A DNA stretch of 64,000 nucleotides from a virus: the IMG/VR virus record IMGVR_UViG_3300023179_000039, positions 45,660 to 109,659 of that record; one strand, written 5' to 3'. The position numbers were made by a program, and so were the translations under genes. Below the pieces are notes generated by a model. It saw only the letters and a program-made list of their open reading frames with translations, was not told the DNA's origin and did not search any database. Shown here piece by piece: positions 60,901-64,000 of the stretch (positions are counted from its first letter, which is position 1; each line of letters begins with the position of its first letter).

Positions 60901-63414
60901 ATGGGGTTAAACATACTTACACAAGATCATAAATTTACAGGAGCAGTTTATATTAATAATCTGTCCTTAAGTGCTATTAATAGTGATTCCTTAATAGTAA
61001 ATTCAGATTCATTGTCAGCTAACAGCTTGAAAACATCTTTTAATACAGGAGTTGCAACAAATAATTATAGTTTTGCAGAAGGGTATAATACTTTAGCATC
61101 TGGAGAGAGTAGCCATGCTGAAGGTGATTCTACCATTGCCTCTGGTGATCAAAGCCATGCAAGTGGTATCAGTACGGTAGCTTATGGAGCAGGGTCATAT
61201 ACCGAAGGTTATGCTACTAGTGCAACTGACTACTACGCACATGCTGAAGGTGATACCACTATTGCTTCTTATTATGCTACTCATGCAGAAGGAGGTAATA
61301 CTAAAGCAATTTATACATATGCTCATGCTGAAGGCCATGATTCGTTAGCATCCGGTCTAGTTTCACACGCAGAAGGCGAAGATACAGTTGCCTCTGGCAA
61401 TTATTCACATGCTGAAGGTAGATATACATCTACAGGGTATAGAGTGCCTTTTAATACCTACACATATACAACAAAAACATTTACCTTTACATCAACTACA
61501 AGTGCTAATTTTGCCTTTTTAAATGATCCCGGATATGAAAATTTCGTTTTAAAAACGCTTGCTAATGGTTCATTAAAGTTTATAACTGTTTCGTATAGAG
61601 ACGCCGTAGACGGTTATATTATAATACAGGACGATGTTATCGGGGTAGATATTGCTCCGGGATCAGGAGGTTGGATAGTAGATAAGAGTGGTAATACAGC
61701 TCACGCTGAAGGTAACTCTACGCAAGCCTATGGAAATAGCTCACATGCTGAGGGAGAAGGTACAATAGCTTCTGGAAATAGAGCACATGCCGAAGGATTA
61801 TCTACACAAGCAACTGGCAATCAAGCACATGCTGAAGGCGATACTACTATTTCTTCAGGTAGAGCAAGTCATGCAGAAGGAAGAGATAATACTGCTTCCG
61901 GTGCTTCTTCTCACGCCGAAGGCCGTAATAATATAGCTTCAGGTGAGAGCTCTCACGTAGAAGGTAAACAATCCAACGCATTTGGAATTGCATCTCATGC
62001 AGCAGGCTATCGTGCTCAAGCAAAACAAAATTATACATATGTATGGACGGATGGTAATTTAGGTACAGCAACACAAGATGTTTCTTCAACTATAACTGGT
62101 CAATTCTTAGTTTCTGCATCTGGTGGAATGTTTATACCAGGTAATTTAGGTATTGGAACAAGCGCAAATGATCAAGCACTCACCGTTGTCGGGACAATTT
62201 CTACAAATAATAATATGTCTAGTAAAGAATGGGTATCTACTTATACCACAGTACAGGGTAATAGCGGTACCTGGGGAACAGTTCCTTCTAGTTATAGTTC
62301 AATTTCTATATCAGATAATAACTTCTCTACTTTGCAGCTTTCTGCAGTATCGGTAACTGTAAATTCCGGAACACCTGGCTCGCCTACAACTACAAATTAT
62401 ACTGCAGGTGCAACAACGTGGGTATGCCCGGCTGGTGTTAATAGTGTAACTATTGAAGGGTGGGGAGGTGGAGGAGCAGGAGCCGGCGCTCAAAGAACTG
62501 GTGCTAGCGGTGTATGTTATGGTGGTGGTGGTGCTGGTGGTGGCTATGCTAAATCCGTTATAGCTGTTACCCCGGGCGCAACCTACTATATAAACGTAGG
62601 TTCCGGTGGTACTGCTACAAATCCACCTGTTAATGGAACAGTTAATTCTGGAGGCGATACTTGGTTTAATAGCGTAAATTCTTCTGCAGGCGCACAAATT
62701 ATTGCCCGAGGCGGTGTTGGTGCACCTGATGTAGTTACTGCAAGTGGTACCGTAGGTACAGCAGGTATTGCACTTAATACCAATGTAGGTAATGTTATAA
62801 CATATACCGGGGGCAGTGGTTCAATAGGTGTAGCGTTAAACGGGTTTTCAGGCGGTGGAGGTGGTTGTGCAGGATCTACAGGTAATGGTAATACCCCGAC
62901 TAATGGTACAGGTCTTGGCGGTACAGCAACTGCTAGTAACGGTGGCCCTGGTGGTAATGGTAATTTTGCAGCAGGAGCTGGAAACTCCGGGCCCGGTGCA
63001 GCGCCTGTTTCAAATTATGGCGGTGGTGGTGGAGGCGCAAGAGCATCTGCTGCAGCACAAATAGGTGGAAACGGTGCGCCGGGGTATATGACACTTACTT
63101 ATACAGTACAACCTCTCACTAAAACAGTAAGTAATTTAATTCCTGCAGGTAGCTTAGGTTATGGTGTTGTAGTTAATGTAATTGCAAAAGGATCTGCTAC
63201 TGCAACTACATTTGATATATATGATTCAACCGGTTTTTATTGGGGTAAAAGCATAAGTACGGCTACTGGAACTAAGACAAACTCAACAAATTATAATTTA
63301 TCTAGCATACCGTTTTATACTGCTTCTCCTACCGTCACGCTTTCTTCTAATAATACGTTCAACAATACAGACTTTAGAGTAACATCATATTTTCAGAATG
63401 TAATTAGCTTTTAA
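60901..63414 (+). CDS. Tail fibre/adhesin with 14-aa (S/A)HAEG YadA-head-like repeats and Gly-rich domain
   Basis: Two blocks of HAEG..T.ASG repeats; W..PAGV.SV..E.WGGGG Gly-rich domain. Confidence 0.8.
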   Translation: MGLNILTQDHKFTGAVYINNLSLSAINSDSLIVNSDSLSANSLKTSFNTGVATNNYSFAEGYNTLASGESSHAEGDSTIASGDQSHASGISTVAYGAGSYTEGYATSATDYYAHAEGDTTIASYYATHAEGGNTKAIYTYAHAEGHDSLASGLVSHAEGEDTVASGNYSHAEGRYTSTGYRVPFNTYTYTTKTFTFTSTTSANFAFLNDPGYENFVLKTLANGSLKFITVSYRDAVDGYIIIQDDVIGVDIAPGSGGWIVDKSGNTAHAEGNSTQAYGNSSHAEGEGTIASGNRAHAEGLSTQATGNQAHAEGDTTISSGRASHAEGRDNTASGASSHAEGRNNIASGESSHVEGKQSNAFGIASHAAGYRAQAKQNYTYVWTDGNLGTATQDVSSTITGQFLVSASGGMFIPGNLGIGTSANDQALTVVGTISTNNNMSSKEWVSTYTTVQGNSGTWGTVPSSYSSISISDNNFSTLQLSAVSVTVNSGTPGSPTTTNYTAGATTWVCPAGVNSVTIEGWGGGGAGAGAQRTGASGVCYGGGGAGGGYAKSVIAVTPGATYYINVGSGGTATNPPVNGTVNSGGDTWFNSVNSSAGAQIIARGGVGAPDVVTASGTVGTAGIALNTNVGNVITYTGGSGSIGVALNGFSGGGGGCAGSTGNGNTPTNGTGLGGTATASNGGPGGNGNFAAGAGNSGPGAAPVSNYGGGGGGARASAAAQIGGNGAPGYMTLTYTVQPLTKTVSNLIPAGSLGYGVVVNVIAKGSATATTFDIYDSTGFYWGKSISTATGTKTNSTNYNLSSIPFYTASPTVTLSSNNTFNNTDFRVTSYFQNVISF

Positions 63415-63419
63415 ATTCA

Positions 63420-63820
63420 TGGAGCTGGAGGGATTTGAACCCTCGTCTTGAAAAGTTTCATTTATAAGCCCTACAAGTTTATCTTAATTTAAAGTTCATA
63501 ATACTATAACTAAGAAAATTGTATTATATATGGTAATTCTATACGCCTGATAACCAATTACCCAAACACGTCAGGTCAGGAACTTGTAACACGCTTTACC
63601 TTACCAGCTCCACTCTACAGTAAAACGATCGAGTTAAACTAACTCGAGTTCGGCTTCTGCGTCAACAAAGCCATGCTGAGCAAGGATTGCATCAGCCTCT
63701 TCGAGACTCATAGCCATGTCGAAGTTATCTTCGGCATTTAATAGTTTTGCTATTAGTAACCGGACTGCCCCGGTACTTGCTCTCATAAACCACACCATTC
63801 AATCGAATCCATTCAGCCCC
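63420..63820 (-). ncRNA. ssrA: tmRNA
   Basis: 5' GGGGCTGAATGGATTCGA; 3' GACGAGGGTTCAAATCCCTCCAGCTCCA; G3-U wobble acceptor stem; TAAAT-GCC resume site; tag ORF 63735-63634; CCA not encoded. Confidence 0.95.
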
Positions 63821-63833
63821 ATGTCAAAGAACA

Positions 63834-63904
63834 TGGCGGGTGAGAGAATCGAACTCTCGTCTGTGGCTTATGAGACCACCAACTTACCACTTGTCCAACC
63901 CGCG
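63834..63904 (-). tRNA. tRNA-Met(CAT), initiator-like
   Basis: Cloverleaf CGCGGGT/ACCCGCC-A, anticodon loop CTCATAA, T arm GAGAG-TTCGATT-CTCTC; C1 mismatch and A11-U24. Confidence 0.9.
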
Positions 63905-63914
63905 ATAATTACTT

Positions 63915-63942
63915 ATTATACCGGTAGATTTTATATAGTCAA
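63915..63942 (-). promoter_or_regulatory. Sigma70-type promoter (tRNA-tmRNA)
   Basis: TTGACT-N16-TATAAT, 10 nt before the tRNA 5' end. Confidence 0.8.
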
Positions 63943-63957
63943 GCTATAAATGTTCTT

Positions 63958-64000
63958 ATGTCAACACCAGCAAAAGTAGGATCCGGAGCACCAGGTACTC
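63958..64000 (+). CDS. Possible CDS start (MSTPAKVGSGAPGT...), 3' truncated by window edge
   Basis: TAAATG-N5-ATG variant; open to window end. Confidence 0.4.
   Translation, partial: MSTPAKVGSGAPGT

Noticed and set aside
63420-63612. 9-bp inverted repeat (63420-63428 / 63604-63612) as an alternative tmRNA acceptor-stem switch
   Set aside because: The internal copy has a local partner (GGAGCU-G-GUAA / UUAC-A-AGUUCC) consistent with a normal pseudoknot helix; probably coincidental
63716-63949. 77-aa plus-strand ORF
   Set aside because: Antisense to the tmRNA and tRNA
1-64000. Alternative genetic code or diversity-generating retroelement
   Set aside because: Standard-code ORFs tile the window with intact conserved genes; no reverse transcriptase or TR/VR pair seen

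Overview
This is a 64-kb AT-rich segment of a large T4-like myophage, probably uncultured and of unknown host. Replication genes (gp32 C-terminus, gp45, primase, dUTPase, gp44) are interspersed with packaging and morphogenesis genes: neck gp14, an intein-containing large terminase, gp3, sheath, tube, baseplate and large tail appendage proteins. The window ends with a tRNA-CAT and tmRNA operon. Four observations stand out. (1) A glycosyltransferase/O-methyltransferase operon headed by a GT60-type (mucin-type peptide O-HexNAc) transferase sits between genes for Thr/Pro-rich mucin-like late proteins, one with about 1,000 aa of T-x-T-P repeats. This is a candidate phage-encoded mucin-type virion glycosylation system. 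(2) A tail-appendage protein carries four repeats that align by eye with the bilin-binding CxRD helix of phycobiliproteins. (3) Both promoter classes appear to give leaderless mRNAs: TAAATA-N5/6-start before late genes and TTGnnn-N16-TAnnnT-N6-start before early genes. (4) The tmRNA encodes an unusually long, acidic 33-codon tag that lacks the C-terminal Ala-Ala degron. All functional calls come from motif recognition by eye; no database searches were run.
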